The notes under the pieces are model-generated. The model searched no databases. It was not told the origin of the DNA and was given only the letters and a program-made list of their open reading frames with translations. Positions 29,423-42,200 of a stretch of 64,000 nucleotides of DNA are shown piece after piece. Both the position numbers and the translations under genes were made by a program. Source of the DNA: the human T2T-CHM13v2.0 reference genome, Homo sapiens. Position 1 is the stretch's first letter; every line of letters begins with the position of its first letter. The DNA lies in NCBI RefSeq assembly GCF_009914755.1, contig NC_060926.1; one strand, 5' to 3'.

Positions 29423-31155
29423 TTACTGTGTCTTTAGTAAAGAAGGGGCACAAAAGGTATCACTGATTGGGAAAAACCTGTGAGGCAAAGCAGTTTTTAT
29501 GAACTCACTGAATATCTTAGTTGTCCAGTGACTTTCTTTCTGCGGGCTTTATTTTGTTAAATCATTTTGATTTAACCAGGAAACCAGAGCAAGAAAGGCT
29601 AGTTAGCAAGAAACGATTCAGTCCTCTATTAGGTATTTGTTTCCATTTGACACATAGTCAGGAGTCTTCACAGGGCTATGGGGGAACGATAGTGACTTTT
29701 TTTTTTTTTTTGGAAGAGAATGATCTTGGTTAAATTTAGCAAAACTCTTAGTAGGTCTGGGGTTCCAGAAACCATGTGATGGCTCTGCAAGGCCTTGCAG
29801 ATGCTTTTAAATATTATTTGGGAACAAAAATGTTCCCTTTGGCTGGTGCCCTTGTTATGTTTTCTCATGTCCCTTCCCTACATTTCTCTATTGCTCTCCA
29901 TGTCAAAGACCAAGAATCTAGAATCCAACATGTGGGGCAGGCACTGAACCCCCATCCCCTAGCATTTGACTCCCAATATTCCTGGGGAAATGAGGTTTGG
30001 GTCAATGCGGAGTGAGGCCCTTAGTTTCACAGGCAAGATAGACTGACTCTTAGACAAATTGGAGGGAGCCGGTAGAAATATAAAGAAACCAATTTGATCT
30101 TCAGGGCCACCCTCTGCAGGGGAAGAATTATCACCTTCAAGAAGCTTTTATTCAGTGGCTAATGAAGTATGGTGCTCTTGGGGCCCATCTTTCAGGGCGA
30201 GTGATTCATTTTATAACTAGTTATCTAAATAAGAATGCGTGTGGCATGAACTCCAGTTTTACTGAATCTTTCTATGACTGTGGTGTTGTTTACTGCAGAT
30301 GTTTCAAAAAAAAAAGAATTCAAACTAGTTCAGGCAGATGGCCCGGTGGTTGGGAGACAAAGTGCTGATTGGCAGTCCCAGCTGCTGCTGTCGGAGTCAC
30401 CTGGCAGACCTCTGAGGGGGTGATTAAGTGACAGGTGTGCTGGGGATGTGGCCAGCCGTCTGTCCTCAGGTCCTTTTAGACACCATCTGCAGGTGGCCAC
30501 GTCTGGGCTGTGAGTCAAAGCTACAGGTGATCCGTGAGAAGGAGGAAGTGGGTTTGGCGCTGTGCGATCACCTCCATATGCTTGCGGGGAAGACACATGC
30601 AGGGAAGAGGCTGGGCTATAGATTACAAACAAAACCATCTTCTTGCATGAGAAACAGAGACTGCAGTGTTAAAGATCCTCCGTGAGCTGCTGTTTCAATT
30701 CATGATTACATGGGGGAAGGACTTGGATAATGTAATTCTTAAGTGATTTGCAATGTGCCTTTCAGGCAGGTTTTATTTACAATTCTACATGAAGCCTGCT
30801 CTCAGTGGCTGGGAGAAGGCCAGATGAGTGTTTGCTGGCTCCATTCTCCAGCTTAGACTAGAGCTGGGGATGAACAATGCAGATCAAGTGGCAGGACTTG
30901 GCCAGCCCACTCTCCAGCCTTACAGAGCCACAGAGCCCAGGGGATTCTTAGCGGAGTAAGGTCAAGGTGCCTGTCTCAGTGGAGTAAGGTCAAGGTGCCT
31001 GAGCAGCCTGAGGCCTAGAAGTCACCTGGCTGGGATGCCCAGCAGGGAGAGCACTGTGACCTGCAGACAGTGCCTGCCTGCCTCTGCCCAGCCAAGCCAG
31101 GTCCCCAAACCAGCCTCACCCTCCTTCCAACCCCTTTTTTACCTCACTACCTACA

Positions 31156-31680
31156 GCAGTACTTTTCAATCTGCAGGTTGCAACCCATTTGTGACTTGTG
31201 ACCTTCACTTAGTGATTCACAACAAGCATTGGAAAAAAATAGAATTGAATAGAGAGAATTAGATTTCTTTCTTTCTTTTTTTTTTTTTTTTTTTTTTGGA
31301 GATAGGGTTTTGCTCTGTTGCCTAGGTTGCAGTGACACTATCACAGCTCATTGCAGCCTTAAACTCTAAGGCTCATGATCCCAAGTGGCTGGAACTACAA
31401 GTACCTGCCACCATACCCAGCTAATTATTTAAATTACTTTTTTTGTTGTTTGTTTAGAGGTAGGATCTTGCTATGTTGCCCAGGCTGGTCTCACACTCCT
31501 GACCTCAAGTGATCCTCCTTCCTCAGCCTTCCAAAGTGCTGGGATTACAGGCTTGAGCCACCTCACAAGTAGTACCTACTGTTTCATGAAATGTATTCCA
31601 AGTGTGCCGTGTGTTTGTTTGCTGGGTGATACTGTAAAATATATCCCTTACTGTGGGTCAAAACGTTTAAAGCTGCTAGA
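31156..31680. mobile_element. hAT-Charlie (Charlie4-like) fossil interrupted by an Alu
   Basis: CTTTTCAATCTGCAGGTTGCAACCCATT...AAATAGAATTGAATAG and TGTTTCATGAAA...CTTACTGTGGGTCAAAA. Confidence 0.55.
31264..31562 (-). mobile_element. AluJ-like
   Basis: Poly-T plus antisense dimer with J-type diagnostics (CACAGCTCATTGCAGCC, CTATGTTGCCCAGGCTGG). Confidence 0.9.
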
Positions 31681-31917
31681 CATTTCTGTTAGCAAACACT
31701 CCTTCCTAAGTGAGATCCCCCCAACAAATACACATATCCCTCAAAAAAAAAAAAAAGTGCCAAAGCTGGGCACATTTAATCTAACTTAAAATAGACTCTT
31801 GTAAGAACTCTGGCCAACCTGCCAATTGAGGTTAATGTCTTTAGGGTGCCCTCTGAATTCAGAAGTGCTGAGTGCTTCTTACGGAGAATGATGGGAGAAG
31901 GGGGAGTCTCAGGGACA

Positions 31918-32400
31918 TTTCAGTTATTGGTTTGTAAAAAAGCATCCCAAAACTTAGTGGCTAATTAAGAATGGGTTCCTTTTATGATGCTTGTGAACTA
32001 TATGGGTTGAGATTGAAGAGGGGCATGGCAGGGATGACCTGACTGCTCTGTGACGTCTGAGGCCTCAGGAAGATTTGGTGGCTGGAGGCGACTTGGCCTC
32101 TGAGGGCTAGAATCACTGGGAGGCGCTCACAGGTCTAGCAGTTAATGTTCCTTGTCAGGGACACTTCAGCTGAGGCTGCAGCCACAGCACAGCAATGTCC
32201 TCTCCATGAGCCTGGGATTCTTCACACTGTGACCTCCAGGTACACAGCCCAGGATTCCAAGAGAATCAGGTGAGAACTATGTGGTCCCTTTGGGACCTTG
32301 CCTCACAGGTAGCTTCTGCTGCTTTCTAACGACTTCAGAGGAGCCCTTGAGAGAAAAGACATAGACCACACCTTTCTAGGGAGGGAAAGTCAAAGAATTT
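31918..32400 (-). mobile_element. MLT1-family LTR remnant
   Basis: CCCAAAACTTAGTGGCT...GGGCATGGCAGGGATG...GGCTAGAATCACTGGGAGG...CCTCTCCATGAGCCTGGG. Confidence 0.65.
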
Positions 32401-33879
32401 CATAAGTTGCTGCAGGTAGGAAGTTTTTTGAGGGGTGGGGTAGGGATTTGAATTTTAGTGGCCTTTGGAGGACAGGTTGCAGTTGAACGTGGTGGGACAG
32501 TACCCATGCGGCAGAGACCAGTGGGCACGTGACCTGGCCTGTGGTGCAGAAGAAAAGGGATGTGGATCCAGGCCTTTATGGAGGCTCTGGGGGCAGAGTG
32601 CTGCAATGAGTCCTGAGAACAATGTATGCGTGAAGTCTTAGAGGAGCAGCATCCCCGAAAGGCCTGCGTGTTCCTCTCTCAGGCAAACAGATGGTCAGAA
32701 AGCAATAGCTAATTATTAGACAGATGAGTGAACACCCATGCTTGAAGATTACCTGAGTGCTAGCCACCGAATATTCAGAACAAAGAGGAAGCTTCTGAAG
32801 CCAGAAATGGTACAGTCACTCCCATAACTCCCTTACTAGAAAAGCCTGGAGAGGTACCCAGAGGGCAGGGAGGTTGAAAGGGAAGGAAGGCTAGCAAGAT
32901 CTCTGCCCCTTTCTGTACCCACCCTGAGTCCCCAAGGTTCTGTCTGAAAGGGAGGGCTGGCCAAGTCTCCAGTTCTTTCAGGGGAAAAAAAAAAAACGTA
33001 GTTACATTTCCAAAGGGAAGATGAAAGGAAGGAAAGAGAACTCACTTCTAGAGGCTTCTAAGAAAAAAACACCGTTTCGAAAAGCAGGCAGGATCGGATG
33101 CAAATGAGGCTTTCAGAGGCAATTTGGTAGAAAATGGGATGTCTATTAGACGATTACCAGTGTTCGCTCCCCCAAACTGGAATAAGCCTCTTGATTTGTC
33201 TGCATTCATTTGGATAACCTACAAAATCTTGTTTATGGACTTTTAACAGTGAGAGAGAGCATTTCTGGAGACACTGATTTCCACAGATCTCAGAACCTCC
33301 TCAAAAACCTGAGCACGGGGGAAGGGGAGGCCATGGGCTCTCCTGCCCCCCACCATCAGGGCTGTGTGGTGGGCCAGAAGGCCATTCATGGAGGTCTCAA
33401 AATACACCAAATGTTTTTGCACTGCTTTGGTTGACATTCTTTACGTGGGAGCCCCTGGTATATTAAATAGTAAGCCCCACACTCCCTCAACCTCACAGAG
33501 GTGTCTCATGGATTAAGGATTTAGGACAACAATCCCTACTGCACCCGCCCCTTTACCGTTCCACTGCTTTTCCCGTAACAACTTGGGGGCTCTCTGTGGG
33601 CCCTTGAAGCAGTCACATTGCTGCCGTCCCCAGCTAGGGTCATAGGAGTCCCTGTCCCCCAGGCCTTTCCCTAAACCCCTATTCTAGCTTCTGGACTCTC
33701 CTCAGGTCCTTGGAGAAGAGTCACCTCCTGCCCACAAGGTGTCCCTCTGCCAGTCCCAGTCCTTGAGCCCTTCCACATGCATCAGAGTTTAGGGATTCAT
33801 TTCTTTCCCATCCCCTTCCGTCCCCTCCCCGCTTCTCCCGTGACTGATGTGAGTTGCCCTCGCACACATTTTCCAAACT

Positions 33880-34760
33880 CTCCAAAAAGCAGCTTTCTCT
33901 GCGCGCATCTGTGTGTGCGGACGGGGCCTGGACTTCGAACCGCCGGCGCGGCTCCACGGGCTCCCTGCTCCGGCCGCCCCCGGGATGCGTGTTGTAGGCA
34001 CTGGCGTGGGGAGGTCAGCTGGTGCTCGAGGTGGCCAGTGGAGTGGACGGGCAAGGGGGGCGCAGTTTGCGAACTGCTGGGGTTCTCGGAGGGCCGGACA
34101 GCCCGGTGTTTTCTAATAACTCCCTCCTGCCGCTTCAGATTTGGAAACGCATTTCGGGGCGTGATCACGCAGCTGCCTCTTGGCATTCTGGTGTCCCTCG
34201 AGGTGAAGGCCCCTGGGTTGGGCTTATGTTGTTGTTATCGTGGGGTACCCGAGGGGGCCAAAGAGAGAAATCAACACCCAGTGATCGGGCTTCTCGAAGC
34301 ATCCCCGGTTTTTTTTTTTTTTTTTTTTTTTAATGCCCCACTCAGAGTGACCAGTGGCACCGCAGAAAGTTCATTAACACTCCCATTTGTGGCGTCTGAT
34401 TCACGGCTGCTGCCGCTGGTGGGAAGCTGGGAGCTGCTGCTGCGAGAGCAAATCAGCTTGGGCTAATGCATATGTTAATAACGCTAATGTTGGAGCATTT
34501 GGTGTTCCTCAAAGAAAGACGGTAAAGTATCTGCGCTGTCTCCTCCAACGCTTAATAAGGCGGGTGGCGGGGAGAGGGGAGCAACAAAAAGCCATTCACT
34601 TGGAGCATTTATAGTTAGCATTTATAGAGGAGAGCAGCCTGTCGGTGATTCTGAAGGCACCATGCCACCACTCAGCCCTGCGCCTTGCATTGTTCAGCAA
34701 CTCCATTGTAAAACGGTCTGGTGACAGGCGCGCTCCAGCTTCTGAGTTTGGAAAGGCAAG
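33880..34760. promoter_or_regulatory. CpG-island-like, non-repeat, GC-rich segment (candidate promoter/enhancer)
   Basis: Dense CpGs (GCGCGC, CCGCCGGCGCGG, CCGGCCGCCCCCGGG) in an otherwise CpG-poor window; palindrome GCGTGATCACGC at 34159-34170. Confidence 0.7.
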
Positions 34761-35879
34761 GCGTGCTGGCTGACCAAACGGTTCCCTTGCTAGCCTCTCT
34801 TCCTTAGGAGGAATTTGCTGTACCATCTGTTGTCTGCGTGTTTGCTGGTGTCCCTGAGGATGTACCCAAATGAGACACCCTTGGGGCCTTCCCTGGCAAT
34901 CCTTCCTGACATCAATTTAGCAACATCAACTCCCACTTTCCTGGATAGAGATGGGTTAGGATGTATCCACAGCAGAGCTGCTGAATTCAGGCCTGGCAGG
35001 CATCACATTTTATTTTTAAACCACAAGGTGATAGTCTTTAAGCTTATAATTAGAGATATTCTAGAGGAATTCACTCAGACACTTACTGCGTGGTGCACAG
35101 TTTGCTGGGTCTTCAAAAGAATATGGTGCTGTCTGAGATTGTAGATATGTGCCCACCATATGGGATTCTCGATGTCTTTCTTCATGTACCTGGTTTCAAA
35201 TGACTCTCAGCAATATCTCCAACTTCTTCAGGAAATGAAGATAGTTTAGTTCTTTAGGTTTTCTTTCAGGTTGATGTCCATCAGAAAATATCTCTGATGT
35301 AATAAGTGGGCTGCAATGGAAAGTAGGATTTTAAAATTTGGGTATCTCTCATACTGTATCAAGAGTTTATATGTTCAATCTGGTTTTCTGCTTGTCAGCA
35401 TTAAAAGACTGAAAATATGTTTCCACAGTTAAAATTTGTAAAGGTCTTGCGGTAAAGACTGAATTGAAAAGCTTTGGTTCCAGAGAGATTAGGATGGTCC
35501 GGGATGATTCTGATCTGTGGTGATTGCTGTGGCATTTCACCAGCATTGTATCTGCTGGAAGTGGGAGCTGTCAAGTCTTTCAGTGAAGTTGTGCAGTTTA
35601 AAAAAAGTATCTCCAAACAAACAAAAGCATAGAAACCAAGGTTCTACAGCACATTAGGAGATCTGTGGCTCTTTCGCCATTTCTCCAGTTATTTTTTAGA
35701 TTACTCTCTGTCATAATAGGCCAAGAACCAGGATACTGTTAAAGAACAACTGCCTCTTGGAGCTGGGGCCAGTGTTAGTGTTAAGGTCCTTCATAAGAAG
35801 TGTATATTTGTTGTTACTTGGCTTTGGACTATAGTGAAATACTTTTTAAAATGGGAGTGTCTTTGCTTTCTTGATTAGG

Positions 35880-36193
35880 TCTTTTCTTTTTTCTTTTTCT
35901 TTTCTTTTGAGATGGAGTCTTGCTCTATCGGCCAGGCTGGAATGCGGTAGTGCGATCTCAGCTCACTGCAACCTCTGCCTCCTGGGTTTTTAAGCAGCTC
36001 TCTCTGCCTCAGCCTCCCGAGTAGCTGGGATTACAGGCACCCACCACCACACCCTGCTAATTTTTGTATTTTTAGTAGAGATGGGGTTTCGCCATGTTGG
36101 CCAGGCTGGTCTTGAACTACTGACCTCAGGTGATCCACCCGCCTCAGCCTCCCAAAGTGCTGTGATTACAGGCATGAGCCACTGCGCCCAGCC
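35880..36193 (-). mobile_element. Alu (Sx-like)
   Basis: T-rich tail plus antisense dimer. Confidence 0.95.
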
Positions 36194-36691
36194 TAGATTT
36201 GTCTTTAATATATGTTAAAGTAAGTTATTTTTCCATGGCCATGTACTTTCTGGTGATGGAACAGAGAGGGCAGTCTATTATGAACATGAGGAGTTGACTG
36301 GAATAATGAATGAAAACCAGCTTTAAGGTTCATGAGTTTCATGGTAAGGGTGCTGAGGTGTCTTACTTGGGCCTTCAGTATGGGTATAACTCATGGAGTA
36401 TAGGATCTTGACATCCTATTGCAGACTAGAAGGTTCAGCCTGGAAAGAGACTGAAGGTGAGAGGAGGTGGAAAAGAAGGGAAAAGGTGTTTGCGATTGTG
36501 ATGGAGAAGGTCCTGGAGTTAAAAAAGGCAGGCAGTGGCTAGCAATGTATGGGTTAAAGACCTGTAGCACTGGTCCAGCTCTCCTCTGTACCCCTTTAGT
36601 GAGAGGGAGGTTCTCTTCGCACTTGCACCTTCTCCCTTCTCAGCAGAAGTAAGAGCTCTGTATCCCTTGGTGGGAGGGAAGGATGGCCAAG

Positions 36692-37262
36692 GGTCTTAGT
36701 TATTGCAAGATAAACTATCCCAACACTTACTGGTTTAAACCACTACCAATTTATTATGCTCATCATTTCTGTGGGTTAAGGCAGGGCACAGTGAGAATGT
36801 CTTGTTTCTGCTTTGTGATGTCTAGAATCTCAGCTAAGAAAACATGGAGGCTGGGGGCTGACTTGATGGCTGGGAGCCTAGAATTATCTGGAGGCTGCTT
36901 CACTCTGTGTGTGGGGCCTGGGCTGCTGGGATTTCTGGGAGAGGAGACCGAAGACTGCTTGTCATTTTCCTTCCTTGAAGCATGGTGGCATTGGGAAGTC
37001 AGAATTGAAAGTCTGCTTACATGGAAGCTCAGGGCTTCAAGCTTGAATGTTCCAGTGAACAAGGAAGAAGCTGCATCTTTTCAGACCTGGTGCCAGAGGT
37101 CACACACTGTCACCACTATCACATGCTATTCATAGAACCAGTCCCAAGTCCACTGTGATGAGCAGAGGAGGACTGGACTCCACCCCTTCAATGCAAGTGT
37201 GTCAAACACACATTGTAGAAGAGGCTGTGGGATGAGAGATGTTTTTGCAGAAACCTTTGGAA
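36692..37262 (-). mobile_element. MLT1-family LTR
   Basis: AACTATCCCAACACTTACTGGTTTAAACC...CATTTCTGTGGGT...GCAGGGCACAGTG...GAGGTCACAC...GACTCCACC. Confidence 0.7.
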
Positions 37263-39175
37263 TCAGCCTCAAATGGGGAGATAGAGAAACCAAGCAGAAA
37301 GGGTCTGAGGGCAAACTGGGCCTGCTCTTGCTCTGATCTCCCCTTAGAACAGCTCTAACTTAGACTCTGCAAATGCCTAAACAACTGGTTGGTCAAGTTG
37401 ATCATATTTTTAAAAACCCATCAGATTAACTATTTGGGGTTGTGTAAGCCAAAGACAAATGGGCTGACTGAGAGCTTTTTCACTGTTCCAAGATTGTTAT
37501 GTAGGTCCAGGCAAAGAATCGTGGGACCCATGTCTGCAACAAAAGCTTGGAGGCAGCCTTTCTGGCCATGTCCCCCCCTCCCCATTGCCCCTCTGCCTTC
37601 TTGGTTACTAAGCAGTTACCTGGCAACCATGCCTCCTCCACATCGGCTGCCGAGCCAAGAGGCTTAGCCTGTCCTCCCTCAGCTCTCAAGTCTCCCATGG
37701 ATCACTGGGGACAGGATACATAATGAGATTTTAATTGTCACGTTGAATCAAATCATTTTTTCCATGTGCATAACTTCTAGGCAGAGATGTAATTTCAATT
37801 AACTTCGCTTATCTGATAAAACTTTCATATCCTTTAAGCTAATTTCATTTGAACTAATAGGCACTATGCTCCTCTTTGAGTTCCAGCTCAGATGTCTTAG
37901 GCAGAGCCGAGATCTCCTGCATACTCGGGCACATTAGAGAGCGTCTGGGCTGTGTGTGCAGAAGTGGCCTCTATGCTTGGACACAGCTAGTTTATGGAGC
38001 CTTTCCTTTTGCTTTTCTCACTTGATGAACATTCCTGAAAGCCTATTTGGTTTTATTAGTTTTCAGCTTAAGGGATCAGTATTTCCCAAACAAAAGGTGT
38101 CCCATTGCTCTAACTGCCAGAGCCATAAAGATTAAAATTACACTTAACTTGAAGGAATGTCTGTATTTCTCCCTGCTGCTACAGGACCTGGGGCAGCTGG
38201 TTCTATCTCAGTGATGAGTTTGAGCATTTGTTTTATTAAGGGAAGGGGGAAGGTGAGAAAGGCATTGTAATTTAATATGTGGGAGAAAAGGGCTGATGTG
38301 CCTTAATTTTATTTCTCAGTAACCCCCATGAATGTGCTAGTTCTGCTTAAAGTTCATTTGAACAAAAACATGCCTTTGCAGAAATTAAGCTGCTCTCATT
38401 ATTTCTTTTCATATAGTAGAATTAAACTTCAAACAGTTTATCATTTGTTCTTTGACATAATACTGAGTTTGGCCAAAACCAAATAACTTGATGCTATTGA
38501 GCAACAGAAATTCAAATGCAAAGATGCTGCAAGGTAATGTTTAAACAAACCACACACTGGTCAATTTTTGGATTTCACTGCTAGCATTTTCTGGCTAGCA
38601 AGTTTGTTTCTTATCAAATCAAGAAGAGAAATCTAAGGAATGAGAATGAGAGAGAAAGGTTTAGTCAGAAGGAGAAAACACAGTGAGGTTGAAGATACAC
38701 ACACACATGCTTACATGTGCACATTCACACAGATGATGGCTAGGTCCTCAGAGGATCAGCCCTGAGCTTCTAGCCCAGAGTGTCACTGGTTTCCTGTGTG
38801 ACCTTAGACAAGCACTCAGCCCCTGTTTCTACATGAGTGGAATGAGGAGTGGACTAGGCGCAAGACCTATGGTGGGCTGAGGCTTACTAGTATTTGATTC
38901 AAAGCCAAGCAGATGGGGTTGCATTGAGACCACAAGGGTAGGCACTGAGTTTGGGACTTGCCAAAGAAGAGAAGATTAAGAGACTGTAAAAAGAGTCACT
39001 TGCTTTAACAGTGGCACTCAAGCCTAAGCACTGTTCCTCATCCTTACTGTCAGCATGATGAGTTTGGGTCTGTCTTTCAGGGATGGACTCCCACCAACCA
39101 CCTGGGAAGACTGATATATTGTGGTGGTTAATATTGAGTGTCAACTTGACTGGATTGAAGGATGCAAAGTATTGT

Positions 39176-39177
<2 letters not shown>

Positions 39178-39211
<34 letters not shown>
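39178..39211. repeat. (TG)n microsatellite
   Basis: Directly visible. Confidence 0.95.
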
Positions 39212-39212
<1 letters not shown>

Positions 39213-39328
39213 TTGTTAAAGGAGATTAACATTTGAATTGGTGGACTGGGAGAGACAGACCCACCCTCAACCTGGGTGGGCACCATCTAATCAGCTGCCA
39301 GCACAGCTAGGATAAAAACAGAGGAACA

Positions 39329-39641
<313 letters not shown>

Positions 39642-40399
39642 AAAAACAGAGGAACATTGTAGGACTAGACCAGCGGAGTCTTCTGGCCTCCATCTTTCTC
39701 CCATGCTGGATGCTTCCTGCCCTTGAACACTGGACTCCAAGTTCTTCAGTTTTTGGTCTCCTGGACTTACACCAGTGGTTTGCCAGGGACTCTTGGGCCA
39801 CGGACTGAAAGCTGCACTGTCAGCTTCCCTACTTTTGAGGTTTGGGGACTTGGACTGGCTTCCTTGCTCCTCAGCTTGCAGAGGGCCTATTGTGGGACTT
39901 CACCTTGTGATCGTGTGAGTCAGTACTCCTTAATAAACTCCCTTTCATGTATACATCTATCCTATTAGCTTTGTCCCTCTAGAGAACACTGAGTAATACA
40001 GATTTAAAAACTCAAGTGCCAATGTGACAATTTATGGTGGAATTGTAAAACGAGAAACACATCTATTATGCAGATCCCAGTGTTTGTAGCCAAAGATCAA
40101 CATCACAATGGATAAGCTGCAGGAAAGGACATGTTGGTAGTTTCCAGTTTGGGGAAATTATGAAATAAAACTGATTTAAAAAAAACCATTTACAAGCTTT
40201 CGTGTGAACATGGCTTTGAATTCACTTGGGTTAATGGCTAGAAGTGGGATTGCTGTGTTGTATGGTACATATATGGCCAGTGTGTGTTTGGTGTATGGTC
40301 AAATTGTCTTCCGAGTAGCTATGCCATTTTTCATTCCCATCAACAATGAATAAGAACCAAATTATAATTATATTTCCTTGGTAAACAGGGTCTTTTTCA

Positions 40400-42200
40400 T
40401 TTGTGCAATAAATAGTTATTGAGAATTCATTAAATGCCAAGTGGTATTCTAGACATTAAGAGCAAAATAGACAAAAATCCCTGTCATCATGGAGTTTATT
40501 GTCAGTTGGTGGAGGAAGGATAAGAAAATAAACAAGTGCCACGTATGTAGCATCCCAAATGGCAATCAGTACTAAAGAGAAAGATCAAACATGGGAGTGA
40601 AACTGTAGAGAGTGTGTCGGCAAGGGTGCACTGAGACAGTGACATTTGAGCAAAGACCTGAAGGAGGTGAGGAAGTAAGCCCTGAGGGTACCTAGGGGAA
40701 GAGAATTCCAGGTAGAAGGCACAGAAGGTCCAAAAGTCCTAGGATAGGTGCATACCTGGTATGTCAAGTAAGGCTGGTGTGGTTGAGCAGAGTCAGGGAG
40801 AATGGGGTAGTAGGAAATGAGGTCAGGGAAAAAAGTGGTGGCTGAGGGTGACCAGGTCTTGGAGAACCACAGTAAAGACTTCATCTTTTTCTTGGAGCTG
40901 GATGCAGAGCCATTGGGAGGGCTTGAGCTGAGGAGTGACATGATCTGATCTGACTGAGCCTTTGAAAGGATCACTCTGGATGCTGTGTTGGGTAGCAGAG
41001 ACTAAAGGGTCAGAGAGAAAGAAAGGAGGGTAATTAGAAAGCTAACGCAGTAATCCAAGGGAGAGACCTGTGGCTTAGACCAGGAGGTGGCAGGAAGTGA
41101 TTGGATGCTAAAACTAATGTTAGACTGGAGCCAGCAGAATTTCTTGGATTGATTGGATGCAGAATGTGAGAGATATAGAAGTCACCAGGTACCTGGGGTT
41201 GGGCCAGACCCTACAGATGAAGGAGTTAGTCCTCTATAAGACTATCCTCACTTGAGACAGCAGCTATAAATTCAAGAGTCCCAGGGCCACCTTCACTTCT
41301 AACCAGCTGGCTACACATTTAGGTTTGATGACCACGACCACCCTCAGGTTTCGTAATTCACCAGCAAGACCCACAGAATTCACTGAAAGCGCTATACTTA
41401 AGATTACAGTTTTATTACAGCAAAAGGATACAAATTAGAAGAATTGCATGGGGTAAAATCTGAGAGTTTCAAGTGCAAAGCTTCCATCCTTAGGGACACA
41501 TTGCTCTCTCAACACAATATATGACAACACTCCAAGGGTCGTGGCAACTGGGGAAGCTCACCTAAGCTTCAGTGGCCAGTGTTCACTGGCATTTCACTAC
41601 ATAAGCCTGATTGATTGAATCATAGCCCAGGTCTTCAGCTCCCCTCCTCTCCCTCCTAGAGGTCAGGCAGATATCATGTGTGCCGAAGTCCCAACCCCCT
41701 AATCACATGGTTGGTTTTTCTGGTGTGACTTGCCCTATCTTGAGCTATCTCATTAGCAACAACTATGTAGGGACCCACCATGAGTCACTTCATTGGCATA
41801 CATTATCAGACATGGTCTGAGAGGCTCAGCATGAAAACAAAGACATTGCTCTCTCTTCAGAAATTCAAGGGCTTATAGGTTAACTCCTAGGAGCTGAGGA
41901 GAAGAGCCAGCCAAGTTCTTTACTACACATAGGATAACTTAGAAGATTTTGACCTGAACAAATGGAAAGATGGGGTTGTCATGAACTGTGCTGAGGAAGG
42001 AAACAGCAGGCTTGGGGAGCCTGGGAGTGTATTTGGATATGCTCAGTTTGATGTGATTTTTTTTTTCTGTCACCTAAGCAGAGATGCAAGTAGACAGTTG
42101 GTGTTCAGGGACAGGTCCTGGTTGGAGGATGAAAACTTCAAGAAAGAGATGGGATTCACATTAGAGAGATATTTGAGGCTGCAAGTCCTGAGACCTTGTG
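40400..42200 (-). mobile_element. L2 (L2a-like) interrupted by a MER21-like LTR
   Basis: GACATTTGAGCAAAGACCTGAAGGAGGTGAGG...GAGCCATTGGGAGGG...GGAGTGACATGATCTGA...GGATCACTCTGG; resumes after ~41930. Confidence 0.85.
41180..41929 (-). mobile_element. MER21-like ERVL LTR
   Basis: GCCAGACCCTACAG...CCCTCAGGTTTCGTAATTCAC...ACAGTTTTATTACAGCAAAAGGATACA...CCAACCCCCTAATCACATGGTTGG. Confidence 0.75.

Noticed and set aside
33930-33941. GGTTCGAAGTCC on the minus strand, resembling a tRNA B box
   Set aside because: Spacing deviates from GTTCRANNC and no A box or cloverleaf is evident; not a tRNA.
33777-34466. Longest ORF in the window (229 aa)
   Set aside because: Lies in GC-rich stop-poor DNA, crosses a poly-T run and resembles no protein I know; the length is explained by composition.
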